Origin: Nageia nagi
Lineage: Eukaryota > Plantae > Pinophyta
NCBI GenBank assembly: GCA_050084985.1
Contig: JBITNC010000001.1
Location: 186,496,001-186,560,000 of the forward strand
Direction of reading: 5' to 3'
Length of the DNA: 64,000 nucleotides
Below are positions 1-14,399 of the stretch, piece by piece; the first letter of the stretch is position 1, and every line of letters starts with the position of its first letter. The notes under the pieces were generated by a model. It was not told the origin of the DNA. It made no database searches and saw only the letters and a list, made by a program, of their open reading frames with translations. Made by a program: the position numbers and the translations under genes.

Positions 1-2257
1 TTATAAAATTAATATTGAATGCAATTTAATGCATTTACCATTTTGATACATCACTTGGGTTGTTTGGTTATCTTTGATAGGGGATTCTTAAATTTACCAA
101 GTTGGCTACTATGAGGATATATAGGCCTAACACCATCATCTTCATTTTTTATGTATCATCAATCTAAATTACATTTTGATCTATAAAGTCCTGTATCATA
201 TTTCTTAAATCCTTATAATTTTTGGTTAATTATCTAGAGATCTATGGTAATTACAAAATTTTTCAAGCCTATAATTTTCAAGAACACCATTTGGGAAATT
301 ATATTTAACAATTAGTGAGAGTTTTATCAGACCTTTATCTACTAATGCATTTAGAATTTTATCAACACTTTCTATTATTTTTTCATAGTTTCTTTTATTC
401 TCAAAGGATTTTTTACATGTGCTTACCACAACTACCACTTATTTTTGCACATGTGAGATTGGACTATTATCTGGAGATCATTATTTTTTGATGTCTTATA
501 ATTATGAAAAATACAATATTCTTAATGAAATAATTTCTCAATCATTTTACCTAAATACATATCATCATGATCATGTACTTCTAACTTAAATACAGGTAAT
601 AAATCATGTACAAAAGTATCCTTTAAATCTTGCTCACTAGAAGTCAATTTATTAGCAATCTTTTTCCACATTTTTATAAAATCAATCAAATATTATCCTT
701 GTAATTTCTTAACATTACATAAATATTTAAATTCTATTTTATACTAAATATTATATCTAAAATTAGAAATGAATTGCAAAATAAAATCTTCAAATTTGTC
801 AATACTTTTTTCAGGAAGGGAAAAATACCATTTCAAGGCCTCATCTTTTAAAATACTAAAAAATAATTTTGCAAGCATATCTTGATCATGTAAAAATTCA
901 ATAACTTCTTCCTAAAACTTCCTAACATGCATTTTGGGATTTTAAAAACCATTAAACTTTGTAAACTTCATGCTTTTTTCACTAATGTAAACTCATGAGA
1001 TAATTTTATCACTCATAGGATATTTTAAGAAAAATAAAACATCTTCATCATCATTACTATAAGTTACTTTTTCCAATTTGATTATTTTTGCCTCTGATTG
1101 ATTTTGAATGTTTGTTAGGGGTATAAGAACCTTTTGGGATGGTGGATGGGGTTGAGATGGGTTTATAGGTTTAAATGATTATTGGGAATCAATATTGGTA
1201 GCTTTTCTCAATTTGGCCTCTTTTATCTTTAAGAATGATCCAATTCTATTGGTTCTTTATTCTTTTATCTCATTTGGTAAGTGATATATGAAATGAAATT
1301 GTTGATCATTGCTGCCTTTTTAGAATTCATCTAACTCCTACATGCCTCCATTCGCATCTAAATTTTAATCTAATACTCTTCTCGCATTTAATTAGACTCT
1401 TTTTCATTAGCATTATTTATCAAAGCATTTAATTTGTTCATGCACATTTTCAACATTTAGAGATTCAATTTCCTTGCTCTTACCTTTATAATTCACACTT
1501 GAATTCTTGTGACTATTTGTATACTTATAAGTAGCATGTGCATTGTGAGAGCTAATATGAACACTATGGATGTCATCCTTTTTACTATTAAATTTCTTTC
1601 TTCTTTATGATCCTTCATTTTCATAATGAAATAATGAATTAGATAAAAGCAAGGTAATTGGTTCTAATTCTAATATTTCATGCTTTGTCAAAATATCAAT
1701 AATATTCTTAACATTATTTGTAACATAATATTCCATTTATTCAGTATGAGCCATGTGCAATTTAATTGACCTAATATTATCAAGAATTATATCAAGATCA
1801 TTAGTATATGATTCATTCATTGAAGTATTAGCTAAATTTTCTTCATTCACACTTTCAAAATCTCCATCAACAAAATCCATGTTAAATTTATTAGGAATTT
1901 GGCCAATTTTACTCATTCAGTAACTAGAATTTACAAATTCAAAATATTCTTCATCAATATCCATTTTATGATTTAGATGCGGTTCAAAGAGGTCAATAGG
2001 TATATCGATATTTACCCTAGTAATCCTACTAATTGTATCAAAATGAATCATTCCTCTACACATTTTATGTGGTTCTTCTACCATATATATTATCAAAATT
2101 AAAGTAGGAAAAACCCTAGTTTTATCTTTTTGATGTGTTACTATCCTAAAAACATATGACAAAGGTAAAAAAAGTAATGCAAATGGATTCATAACTTCAC
2201 CTTAAACAATGATGCCATAGAAACCTAGGTGTATAAGAGTAGTTAGCTTCACCAAAA
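1..2257 (-). mobile_element. Decayed Ty3/gypsy internal region (5' leader + gag), runs off window start
   Basis: Minus-strand translation ~760-880 gives KLFFSIFKDEALKWYFSLPEKSIDKFEDFILQF, a retrotransposon gag motif. Many stops. PBS-like TTTTGGTGAAGC follows the LTR end at ~2257. Confidence 0.7.
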
Positions 2258-2859
2258 TGTGGATATTAAATTGTGTAAATAATAAATATAAATACAAAAT
2301 AAGTCTACAAGGATAATACTAATTCAAATATGCAAATAAATAAATAAAAATATGCACCTAATAATGATATGATAATCCTTAGGATGTAGCAAGTAACTAT
2401 GGTGGATTAGATCGAATCAAGTGGGGGGTGTAAGAGCTCCATGACATAGATGTCCTAAAACTTATAATGTTAGATGATGCATTAAATATAGCATATAAAA
2501 AAAACTTAGAGAAAATAGATCTTATAATAGGTGGTGTTAAAATATATCATAAGTATGATGTATGGGAAAACCACCTATCAAAGAGATCCCATAAGAATAT
2601 CAACCTCCAACTCCTGTATTTATATCCTGCAAGGAAACAGAGACTGAAATCCAACTCATAGTAATAATATAATCATTATTGTATTCAAGATACTTCAAAA
2701 TATGAACCATGGTAAATAATAGAGAATTTAATATAACACATGATATTGCATTGTAATATCAACTTTATCTTGATATTTGTAGTATTTATTTTAACACTTT
2801 AAAAGATACATTAAATATGATTTAATAAATAAATAATAAATCATTTTATGATGTTTACA
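2258..2859 (-). mobile_element. Putative 5' LTR of the gypsy element
   Basis: On the minus strand it begins TGTAAAC (2859) and ends ...TCCACA (2258), directly followed by a TGG-containing PBS-like motif. Partner LTR is not in the window. Confidence 0.5.
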
Positions 2860-2867
2860 GTACTTAA

Positions 2868-2990
2868 AGGGTAATGGTTAGGGTCAGGGTTAGAGTTAGG
2901 GGTAAGGTATTAGGGTTTAGTGGTTAGGGATAATTTTTTGGGGTAAGGGTTAGAGATTAGGATTAAGGGTTAGACTTAGTTAAGGATTTA
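2868..2990 (+). repeat. Degenerate TTAGGG-like hexamer tract
   Basis: ggttagggtcagggttagagttagggggtaagg...gggttagagattaggattaagggttag, mostly 6-bp periodicity. Confidence 0.6.
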
Positions 2991-3689
2991 ATCTATAATT
3001 AATTATATACTTTAATTTAAATTTATTTATACTTTAAATTGTATGCTTCAAATTTTATATTTATTTTAGTAAACCAACCACCATCAAATAAAACCTCCAT
3101 AACCAAGCATCCTTAACCTCAATATTTTAGGGCTAACTAAGTATAATTTTTATATATGTTTAAATATGTGAAAATTTTGACTACTAAAAAAATGTAGAAA
3201 GAGTTGGGTATTATGTCTTCTTATCAAGGTGCAATTGCAATCTCCTCATGTCATACACCACCTTAAAATACTATACATGATAATATTTTTTATTTATAAT
3301 AATATATTTAAATAATATTTAAATATTTTTTGGTAATTTATCAATATGAGTAGGTTATTGATGTATAAAAATTTTAAGTTTTGATTATTTACTTATATTT
3401 AATTTATTATTATTTATGATAGAAGAGTACATTATGAGTGCCTCAACATGAGGATCAAGAACTATAAGATGTTGAGTATTAGGATAATGAGGATTAAGAA
3501 TTTAGTTATAGTTCTAATAAGGATAGTGATAGTAGTAGTGATGATGCTTGTGATTAGGATATCAATATTAAAATTCAGGGATAGTAGTGATGTTTAGCAC
3601 TTACATTTTTTATCTTTAATATAATTTTATGTTTAAAATATGTTTTTAATTTTACATTTAAAATACATTTCTAATTTTATGCCTTTAAT

Positions 3690-4205
3690 ATAATATCTCT
3701 AAATATGTCTCAAATAATAGCTCATAATTTCTCTAAATATATCTCAAATGTTGTCCCTTTATATTATTATATATTTTTACATGTCTCAAAATATATCTCA
3801 AACTATATCATTTCATTTCTCAAAATATATCTCAAATGGTATCTCTAAATATCACAAAATGTATCTCAAATTATATCTCAACTTGTTGCTTCCTGTCACA
3901 AAATATATCTTAAATGGTGTCACTTCTTTCTCTAATTTTATCTTAAATAGAGTTGCTTCCTATCTCAAATGGTATCACAATACTTATCTTCCTATATTAA
4001 ATTATGTTTCAAATGGTGTCATAATATATGTCTTCATATTATAAAATATGTCTCAAATTGTATCACAATACCTATCTTCTTATCTCAAAATATATCCCAA
4101 ATATTGTTGTGATACTTATCTTTCTATTGTAAAATATATCTCAAATGGTATTGTACTACCTATCTTCTTATTGCTACTTATGTAGTAATACTTATCTTCC
4201 TATCA
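3690..4205. repeat. Degenerate minisatellite (atatctcaaat / ggtatcacaatacttatcttcc units)
   Basis: atatctcaaa variants recur many times; ~45-bp higher-order units between 3950 and 4200. Confidence 0.7.
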
Positions 4206-4389
4206 TTGTTAATATTGACTTATGACATAGTTGATGTTACGAATCAAGTTGTAATTTATGGTAGGTATCATAACAATATGAACTGATGATAAAAAATCAT
4301 AAAAAGTTAAAATCATAATATATTGGATCTACTATAGTTCTTATTGTAAATCATCATAAATCTACTAGTACAAGTAGACCACCTCCCAT

Positions 4390-7300
4390 GCTAGTAGATA
4401 GATCTTCCTCACTTAACAATTACCTTTCCAAAGATAGGTGAAATGATTTTCTCTATTGCAAAGATAAGATTGGATGGAAGCTAAAAGAAACCAATCCAAA
4501 ATATGGTAAGGGATATTAAAATACATTTTAATTGGAAGTGATTCACAAGGAGGAAAAGTATGGTTAAGAAAAAGTCATTTAATTTTCCCATAGATTAGAG
4601 GTGTCTTAATCTCTACAAAGGACATTTTCCCAATTATAATAAATAAAGAAGAAGGATAGAGGATTCCCTAAATAAGGTCATGAGAACTCTTGAAGAAGAC
4701 TTGAGCACTCCATATCCCATTTATGAGGGTTAAAAAATAAGGGTTGTTAATAAGGGTTGTGATCAATTGTATCTAGGCTTTATTAAAACCAAGTTTTTCT
4801 ATCATTTACAAGAGAAAGTTTAGTTAATCATCTCAAATTCTTTCATCATATCAATTTTTAATATAAATACTTTTTTGTTTTAACTTGAGGATCAAATGAT
4901 TAATTTATGGATGAGAATGGGTCAATATATAAGTTGTCTCCCTTTAACAAAAGCTTGATATTCCTCTAATATTATATCTAGGATAACAAGCTTGAGTATA
5001 TTGTCTACAATATTAGAAACAATTTTGTTTATATTATTATTAAAGTAAATAGGATGGAAATCATCAATAGCATGATCATCGTTAAATTTAGGTATCGAAA
5101 GAATGAAATTTGTGATTTAGACTACTCAATACCACTTTATAACGGAAAGCCTCTTTCACTACACCTATGATTTCATCCTTTAGAAGACACCAAAAATATT
5201 CATAAAATCATGAGGGGAATCCTTCAAGGTTAGGTACACCAAATATTTCCATTTGCTAAGTCACCAAGTGTACCTCTTGCTCCATAATAGGATTAGTAAG
5301 AATCATATTTTTGGAGGAGGAACAAATATGGGTATAGTAAGTTGAATATTTTATCTTATACCTCATTTCTATTGATAATCTCTTCAATGAGAAGTTTTTG
5401 TAGAAAGATATGATGTGGTTTTCAAAGTGAGGGCTTATCCATCCACCTTTAGTTAGCCTTGTTATTAATTTGATTTCCCTATGGGATATGGTAGTGTCAT
5501 GAAAAAAATCTTGTTGTGGTCCCCTTCAAATTTTGCTATTAAATTATGAATTTTTTCCTCTAAAATATTTCATTTTGGAGGGTTTGGAACTAAGACTTGT
5601 TTAGATTTTTTTGAGTAAATTATTTTTCTAATCAAGGAGTAGTATATCCTTATCATATTATATACTTTTCTCCACAAATATCAATTCATATTCAATTATG
5701 TTCAATTCTTATCAATATTACCAAAGTAATTCTTGATCCATATTTTAATTTTTGCTTCAATTTGTACAATTTGGTATATATATATATATATTTGTTGTGT
5801 GTGTGTGTGTGTATGTATTTTTTTTTTTTTACTTTTCACTCTTCCATAAAGTCTTTAAAAGTTTGCATGTTGTAGCCACATGCATTCAAGCATGAAGGAA
5901 GAGCCTTCTTTAAGTTGTGTATTTCAAATATAGTCAAGATAGGAAGGTGATCTTAACCTCCTAATGGTAAAATATTGATTGCATAAGAAACTCTTGTGAT
6001 AACCAATGTAAATTGAATAATATTTTCTCCATTTTTTAATGAATTTTAATTATTTAGAATGTTTATTTGACCAAGAGATCTCTATCTGTGAAGAAGGCTC
6101 AAAGAGCATATTAGAATAAATGAAGCTAGTTTAAATGCTTTTCTTATTTTTTAGCCTAAAGTTACCATGTTATGATTTTATGATATTTTTAACGGTATTG
6201 AATTCTCCACCTATTATGCTATAAAGTTCCTTGTCATATTTTAAACTAGGCTAAGATCTAGTTCCAACACTTAATTTTCTTATTTGAATCTTAGGGGCAT
6301 AAATGTTAATGAGTTGAAAGTAAGAATTGAATTATCAAGATACCTAATTTTGATAGCTATCCATGATTATTATTAAAATTAAAATTACATTCAATTTTAA
6401 AAATATTCCATAAAATAGAATATCCTCCTAAACTTTCCTTCGCATTATGATCTATTACATAGACATGTGATCAACATTTCTTTCTAAAGCTAGTTACTTC
6501 ATAGATAGACAATTAGTTTCTTGAATAATATGAATGGTAGGAGTTTCTTTGTGGATAAAAAATATTACATTATTATTTTTTTAGGATAATATAGGCCTCA
6601 TGTATTCTATGAAGATATAATCATTAGCCTTTTTTAGCCTTTTTAATATCCATTAGTTACTTTAACTGGTACTAAGTTCCATCTTCAATGCATTCTCTAG
6701 AAACTTGTTGTAATTTATCTTTCTTTAGTTGAAAGCATCTCTTTTTTTATCTTTAGATACATATAATATGTTAAATTAGTTTAGGTTTTTCTTATTGTTT
6801 TCCCTTTCAAAGATTGCTTATGATCCAATGGTGAAGTAGTTCTCTCTTTGTTATGAGTGTCCATATTATTTGATCATTCTTGAGTAAGGTTGTCTAATAT
6901 AATAGTATCCATACCTTGAAGAGAAATTTTTCCTTCTAAAGGATCTACCATTAAAAGGTTCTACCAATAGCAAGGATTATTTTCTAAAGAATGGATTCTT
7001 AATTCATTCATAAGTTATTATTGTAGACTTAAAATTAGACTTAAGCAATGTGAAATTGACCAATGATAGTATGATACTATCATGTTATGGAAATAATTTT
7101 GTATTATACTATCATGTTATAGAAATAATTTTTGTATTTATGATACTTTGGGGATGGTTATTATTTGCGACTCTATCTCTAGGTTGTTATATGGGATTAC
7201 AAGGATGGCTTTTGTATTTGGGTTACTAGAAACCTTCCTTTAGGTATTGAGGTGTGGGGAGTATTTTGTATAGCATGTAGAAAATAATTAGTTAAATTGC

Positions 7301-8215
7301 CATATTCATATGCATACCCTACATTTGAATGGGATACTTTTTTAATCAATTAGTTTTCTTTCTCCATACCTCATAATGAAGGCTTTTTTAGCATACTAAC
7401 AAGAATGAGGAATTATAGGTCAATTTGCATAGATATAAGGGTATCTATAATGGATTTGCACTCAAAATTATGATCAAACATGAAATGTAGATCCTAATTG
7501 AGTTATCAATTGGGTATATAATCTCTTCATCCCATAGTCTAAATGATAGGCTTGGTAATTTGAGCTAGAATTAGTGGTTTTGTGGGATTTTCCTAGATAA
7601 ATTAAAATAAAAATGCCAAGGTTTTATCAATAACCTTGATTTTCCAAAAAACTATGGGCATTCCTAAAAATATATCTTTCTCCTTCTTCATGGTAAAAAA
7701 AAAAATAAAGAAAATAACCATTAAAGTAATGGATAATAGTGACCTCACCTTTTCGGTCCAAGAATAGGCAACCCAATTTGCAATGGTGATTTAGTGGAGT
7801 CATGTTACTTGGATTTACATATATGAGCTTTAATTTACATGGATTTCCAAATTATTATGCATTTTATAGATCCTAATATCTACCCAAGGCATGTCGATTA
7901 TGGCTATCAAAATAACCATTTTTATTTTTATTTGTATCCTTAATTTATAGTTGCATACATTGAAAGAATATTTTGGAAGAGAATATATGTTGATTAACTA
8001 GGTCTTTATTTTGTATAACATCTTGAAATGAGGGTTTCCCTTATATATTTGTGCCATATTTAGCTTGTGGTCCTTATTAAACTTCAAAACTTGCTATAGG
8101 TATATGTGTTGATAAAAGGGGGCCTGAGAGGTCCCTTAAACCTATTTTCATGGTTCTAGGGTTGACTTCCTACTTGACAAGTTTTGTGTAGCAATTTTTC
8201 ACAATATACTATTAT
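4390..8215 (-). mobile_element. Decayed L1-type LINE (ORF1, endonuclease, part of RT), left-arm copy
   Basis: Minus strand gives DFHPIYFNNNINKIVSNIVDNILK (~DFRPISLCN.IYKIVSK) at ~5000-5065 and KLGFNKA*IQ (~KLDFNKAYD) at ~4780. 5850-8215 is the reverse complement of 28130-30365. Confidence 0.75.
5775..5830. repeat. Compound microsatellite (TA)n(TG)n(T)n
   Basis: Read directly from the sequence. Confidence 0.9.
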
Positions 8216-8224
8216 CGTGAATGT

Positions 8225-9294
8225 GGGTAAGTGCAAGAAGATGGTTCCATTTGAATTGGACATTTCATACTTTAAAAAAGAGCATCCTAAAATGAAATTT
8301 TGATCTTTAAAAATTGAAATTTTATTTTTGGCTTGGGTCCTTGAACCAAAAATGAAATTTTAGTTTTTAAATACCAAACTTTCATTATTTTTTAATGTTA
8401 AAATGAAATGAAATTTTATTCATTTTAACATTAAATAATAACAAATTTTCTTTTAAAAAAAAAATTTGTTATGTGAATTTATGTGGAAATTTAGGCTTGG
8501 GAAAGGTTTGTGGGTTAAGTCTTAGCCTTGGACCTACAACTTCTTGTTCATGAAAATGGGAGTTACAAATCATGACTTTTATGGATGTTTGATCAAGTTT
8601 TTTGAGGAATTTTTTCATAAAATTAAAACCATTTTAAGATCAAAGAGTGTAGATTATATATATATATATAAATTTTGATTACTTTTTATTTTTTAAATTA
8701 ATTTTCAATGAAACTAGTCCTTAAACTTGAAAAATTAGGTTCTATTCCTTTAATAATAACTTCTTTGAGGAATTATGAAAAAAAAATATATATGAACAAT
8801 CTATAGAAAATTATCTATTAAAATAAAAATTAAAAAAAGGATAAGTTTAGGTCAAATTATGCATGATGTAGATTGATACTTTTAGAAACAATAATTAGGG
8901 CTAGTAAAAAATTAATAAAAAAATATTCTTGAAAAAATATCTTGCATAATATTCAATATTTAGGTATCTTTTCCCAAAATGATTTTAAAAAATATTATAT
9001 TTTAGGTCAAATATGCTTTCTGTAAAAGATCATGGTATGGTCATAAAATAGTACATTATAAATAATGGCTTTTAAAAGTGTCTATCATAAATAAATTTTT
9101 ATCAACTACATACTAGAATAAATTAGATATTTGAAAACTACACTCAAGAACTACATTTTCATCATAGTGACATTTTTCAATATTCAATCTCTAAGGACTT
9201 AAAAATTTGAGATCAATTATGACCAAACATGAAAACCAAGGAAAACATGTCTACTATTTCACCATTTTGTGGACCCATCTTCTTCCACATACCC
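8225..9294 (+). mobile_element. Non-autonomous TIR DNA transposon (~1.07 kb), copy 1
   Basis: TIRs GGGTAAGTGCAAGAAGATGGTTCCA / TGGACCCATCTTCTTCCACATACCC. Flanks atgt/atgg form an imperfect 4-bp TSD. Absent from the mirror arm at ~28130. Internal similarity to 41307-42296. Confidence 0.8.
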
Positions 9295-10184
9295 ATGGCT
9301 TTTTCCCAAAATAAAAGAACTTTCAATATCATGTATGGTCCCTTATTGAAATCCTAATACTAAAACCCTTTCACTGTGAATTTGATATTATTGATAAAAT
9401 TTTTAGGTCAAAATTTGTTAAAGTAGGTCATTTACTCATCATGATGCACATTCTAATAAAAAAAGGATGGTATAAATAATTTATTTTTAGGGTGTAAGTT
9501 TATTCTGATAGAAAATTGAATGGTAATATGGATTGTATCTTTTTAGAGATAATTTAGAAACTATAATAGAGGAACTACAAATTTTTGCACATCTATTGGT
9601 GAGGAAGATAAAAATTTGATGATGGTTACATGATTTGATGTGGAAGGACATTAAGAAATAAAAATCTTCTAGAGGAGCTATAATGTTGATGTATTTTATG
9701 CAGGAAGCAAGGTACATATATATAAAGCATAATGAACTTCATGTGTTCCATGTTGATCTTTTTTGTAAATCCCTACATTATGGTGTGATGGTAAGGATGG
9801 AAAACCTTAAATGATATTTTCTATAATGGAAGTTTGAGGTTCACATTTTTAGCATGGATAGTACCCTTCCTTTATTCAACATAGAATATTGAAGCACATC
9901 AAAATAGTGGATTCTTCATAGGGATATTCTTTATAATAATAAAGTAAGAAGTTAATTCTTTTGTTTAGAAGGTATTTTAAGGCTTTTTAACTCCATATTT
10001 TGCTTTGTTCTAAGAGGCATCATACAATGGTAGATGGGCATGGGAAGAAACATGTGTGTCCCTAATTTTTTAAAAAAAAAATAAAATTAAAATATTAAAT
10101 ATATTTTAAAATTTTGATTAACATTAAAGTTGTCAAATAAAAATATAATTGATAAATTTTATGTTTTCAAATCTGGTACATTAT

Positions 10185-13100
10185 GAAAAAAGGTTAAGAT
10201 TTTCTAATCCAAATTCTTTTTTTACCAATCTTGACTTTCTTGAGTCCTATGGTATATGTGGTTAAATTTAGGGTGGCCTTGGAAGAATTTTGAAAAGGCT
10301 TGATAGAGAATATCTTTCTAACTTCACGAATTTTTCTTTTCCTCAAAGAGTACTATTACTCTTTTGTTTGAATCCATTCTTGGCATGATTGCTTCAGACC
10401 ATGCCATTCATGTTTGATATTTCTTTGGATAAAGTTAGAAGATATTTTAAATCTCAATTCTACTTTAATACTTCTTTTCTCTAACACAATCCATGATTAA
10501 CCATATTTGTAGAGTCTAGAAAATCATTCCATACCCCAAGGGAACCTTGCTTAGATTGATTGGTGGAATAGTATGATTGTTAAGACCTCTGCCTACTTAG
10601 AAATCTAGTAAAAAAGTTGTAAAGTGTAGGAACACTCCCTTTTTTCCCTTCAGAATGATTTTCTCAACATTTGCTTAGGTTGGATGCTAATCCTTTTAGT
10701 GAAAATCTAAGAATCAAGCAACTCAAGTAAGCAAGAGCAAAAGATGGTAGAATTGTATGAATGCAAGGGTGCTTAGATTAAGCCCTAATTACATTAGCTA
10801 AAATTTGGGGACATAGTCTCTAAAGAATTTTCCAAAGGCTTAGACACCTAGGAAAGCATGTAATTTAAAGCTATCATGGATAAGGGAATCAGACATACTA
10901 AGTTGTGTTCCATTTCCCAAGTTTTTGTTCATCATTATAAATAAGTTTTTTATGTTCAAACTTTATCATAAGATAGGAAACAAGTCCTTTAGATGTGCTA
11001 TGACTATTTTCTTATCAAAATCTCCACTATTCAAAGAAAATGAGTGTGAAAATATTTTAATAGTTGATGATCAGCACATGCTCTTTCCCTTATGGCCAAT
11101 GAAAAGGTTCCAAGATTGAATGGTTTTTGTTGTGAATTTTATAAAACTTATGGGGACTTAGTTTTTACTTTAAGGCTTTTTAGGAACAACCATTAATAGA
11201 GGGAATATCAAGTTTATTCCCAAGCTAGGAGATTGAGAGATTATTACCAATTAGAGGTTGATAACTTTGCATAATGTTAGTTACAAAATTATTACCAAGT
11301 CCTTAGCTATAAAAATTTAACTTTTGTTACTAATGATTGTTTTGCCTAAATAAATTGGGTATATTAAAGGTATATATATTTTAGATAATGTGCTTTTTTT
11401 TTGGGTGGCATAGGCTATAGAGTTTCTAACCAACATGCTTTGTTTATCAAGATAGACTTTGAATAAAACCTATGATAGGATTAAATGGATCTTCATTATT
11501 TCTTGCTTTGAGCCTTAGGTTTTGGTGACAAGGTTTTTCATATTTCAAATTTTTTTCAATATGCCTTTGCTATATTGACTCTTAATAATGCTCATTCTAA
11601 ACTTGTTGGGCTATTTCATTATGTAGGTAAGGTTGCTCCATTTCTCCCTACATGTATGTTCTTACAATAGAGGACTTTGCTATTTTTAGACAGAAAGATT
11701 TAGCTAGAATTATTCATGGGATTAGGATTCCAACTTCTCAAAGTTAGCTTGTTAATGGACATTTTGTTGATGACTTTTTCTCACCTTGAGAGAAGATGAG
11801 GAAACTGTCAAGTCCTCTTTGCTTTTCTTAGATGCTTTTTTGTAAAGCCTCAAGTTCTAGTATTCAATGGAAAAAACTTCTTGCTACAAATAGTTTCTTA
11901 TGCCTATGCCTTCTAGCTCACAAATTCCATTGGGATTTATATTTATCCTAGTGAAGTTTTCAAATTTCTTAGCATCCCTTTTTCTTTTCAATGATCCCCA
12001 CTCAATTATGGAATTTATTATTCAAAAGGTTGAAAAGAAATTAGACTATTAGATGACTAAGAAATTATCCCTAGTTGGTAAATTTTAGATTTTCTCTAAG
12101 GTTTTAAATTTAACCCATGTTATTACTCTTCTATTGGGTTCTTTCTATGAATTGTTATAAGAAGCTCAAAAAATATTTATAAGATTTCCTTTGGTCTCCA
12201 TTTTAGATCACAAAGGCTTTCATTGAGTTGCCTAGGATATTTATTTCTTACCTCAAGCTTCTAGGGTATGGACCTCTTGGAATACCATAGACAAGGAACT
12301 TCTCTTTGTGCTAAGTGGATTATTTTTTCTATTGAAGGTATGAAATCTTAAAAAATTTTATAAGGCATTTCACTCCGACTAGTTTCCATGTCAATAGAAA
12401 AGCTTAGCATGTTATGAATTTTCATTCCCTTTTGTGGCTTCCATTTATATCAAAATTTTAGTTCTTTTGTTGTCAAAAGTATTTGAAAAGCTTGTAATAG
12501 TTAATCCCTTGGTTGAAATGGAAGGGAATTAATTCAAGCCATGGATTCTCCATTAATTCCATGAATGTATGGTGGTCTCCACTATCTCCATTCAAGTTGT
12601 GCCTTTGGCTAAAGTTCAGTGGATTCACATGCTAAAGTTCTTTGAACATGGTATCTCCAAGGTTTCAATTTTTTTTCTCATAAAAGAACAATGATTGGAT
12701 CCTATGCTTAGAGTTCAAAAGCTTTTTTTAAGCTTAACCTTGATGACAAAGAAACTTATGATGCTAGCCTTTGTCCCTTTAGACCAAAATTGGAAAGTTT
12801 CATACAAAGAGAATGGTAGAAAGATTTGTCTTGGGTTAAAGACATCCATTTTAAAAATTATAAACCTAGGCTTGGATATGATTGGACTTTCCTTATAATT
12901 CCATGGGTTTCCCATTTTAATCATAACTAGGACTTAGTTTCTTCTATCATTATGGAAAGCTAGGTTTCTTTCTATTTGGTCACTGTGAAAGCTAGTTTCT
13001 TTCTATTTGGAAGTCATATATTGAACCCAAATAAGCTTTTTTTTCCTATAATGTTCTTCATCAAGGTCTTTCCTTAGGTAAATGGCTCACTTATATTGGG

Positions 13101-14124
13101 ATTCTAGCTCCTAAGTGTACCTTTTGTTAGGAAGATGAGTCTACAATGCATGTTTTCTAATCTTATACGAGATCTAAAGAGATTTGGGAGTGGCTATTAT
13201 CTTTCTTTATCAGTTAGCTTATTGTAGTATTTCTTGGGTTTAGGCTTTACTGGGGATTTTGTTCATATGAAAATTATGTTTCTATATGTATGGAATATTC
13301 TTAGAATTAACCTTTTATTTCACATTTGGAAAGCTTGTAATAGGATCTTTTTCAAACAAAAGAACTTCAATTTATTTTTTAATTGCAAACAAAGTTGAAG
13401 TGTTCTTTATACCTAGTTTTAGATATGCAACCAAGCAACCAAGGTTGAGCTGAGGTGGGCCATCTCCATGCTCTATTGGATTACTAGGCCAATGCGCCAT
13501 GTTCGCTCAATGAGTATTCCCAAAAGACTAGGTGCCTTATGTTCAACATTCTCATTCGTAATCTCAAGAAAGGCCTCTAAAGCACTTACGGCCTCCTTCC
13601 TAAGGGCACCGTAGTCACAGTTATCTCCACCTCACCACCCACCAATAGAACATGGTGCAAGTTCTTTGCAATAATGTGGTGAAATTAAAGTTCATAGGTC
13701 ACACCATCACACAGAATAGGGTGATGTTTCCATTAATGTTGGGTGGGATGCCATAATGAATACTTCCCATGGATGGGATAGTCCACATCCCCTCATCCTT
13801 TACTAGTACACGGATGGGGTGATAGCAATAATTATGTCTTCAACAAAGATAATTATATGCATAAGGGTCATGGTTAGAACATCTATCTAATCTATTTAAA
13901 CACATGGGATACCATGCAGCTTAAGATATGCTATGCAAGGACGCTTCATGATGCTTCTTAAATTTTAGTTGGTGATTATTTTTTTCATGTTTAAATTTTG
14001 AACTATAACTACTTTTTTAACAATTAGATCTGGTTACTCTCGGGGTGTGTTTCTATCCACCCACAAACTCTTTTGTGTGAGATTGCTTTTATTTTAATAT
14101 AACTGCTCTTTCGTTCAAAAAAAA
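10185..14124 (+). mobile_element. 5'-truncated decayed L1-type LINE with poly(A) tail
   Basis: RT motifs N*RLITLHNVSYKIITKSLA (~11250), IKIDF..TYDRIKW (~11450) and GHFVDD (~11760). zf-RVT-like KCTFC*EDESTMHVF (~13115). A-run at 14117-14124. Empty site in the mirror arm at ~27230. Confidence 0.85.
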
Positions 14125-14399
14125 TAGTTATTATATAAATCTAATCATTCAAGATTATATCAATTGAATAAATTTTAATTATGAATAAATATTACATTAA
14201 TATATATATTTAATTATTAAATAGATAAAATTATAAAAAATATAATTGATAAATATTAAATATTTTAAATAATTATTATATAAATATAAAATTCATGCAT
14301 TAATATTTTAACTTAAACAATATGATAAAATGAATTATAGAGATAAATAATTAAATTTTATTATATTATAAAATAATATAAATATTTAATTTTTAAAGT

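Noticed and set aside
3748-4044. 98-aa ORF
   Set aside because: Product of the minisatellite; low complexity.
9300-10060. Coding-like block mirrored at 27350-28120 (ORF 27752-27934)
   Set aside because: No frame is conserved between arms and no family could be recognised.
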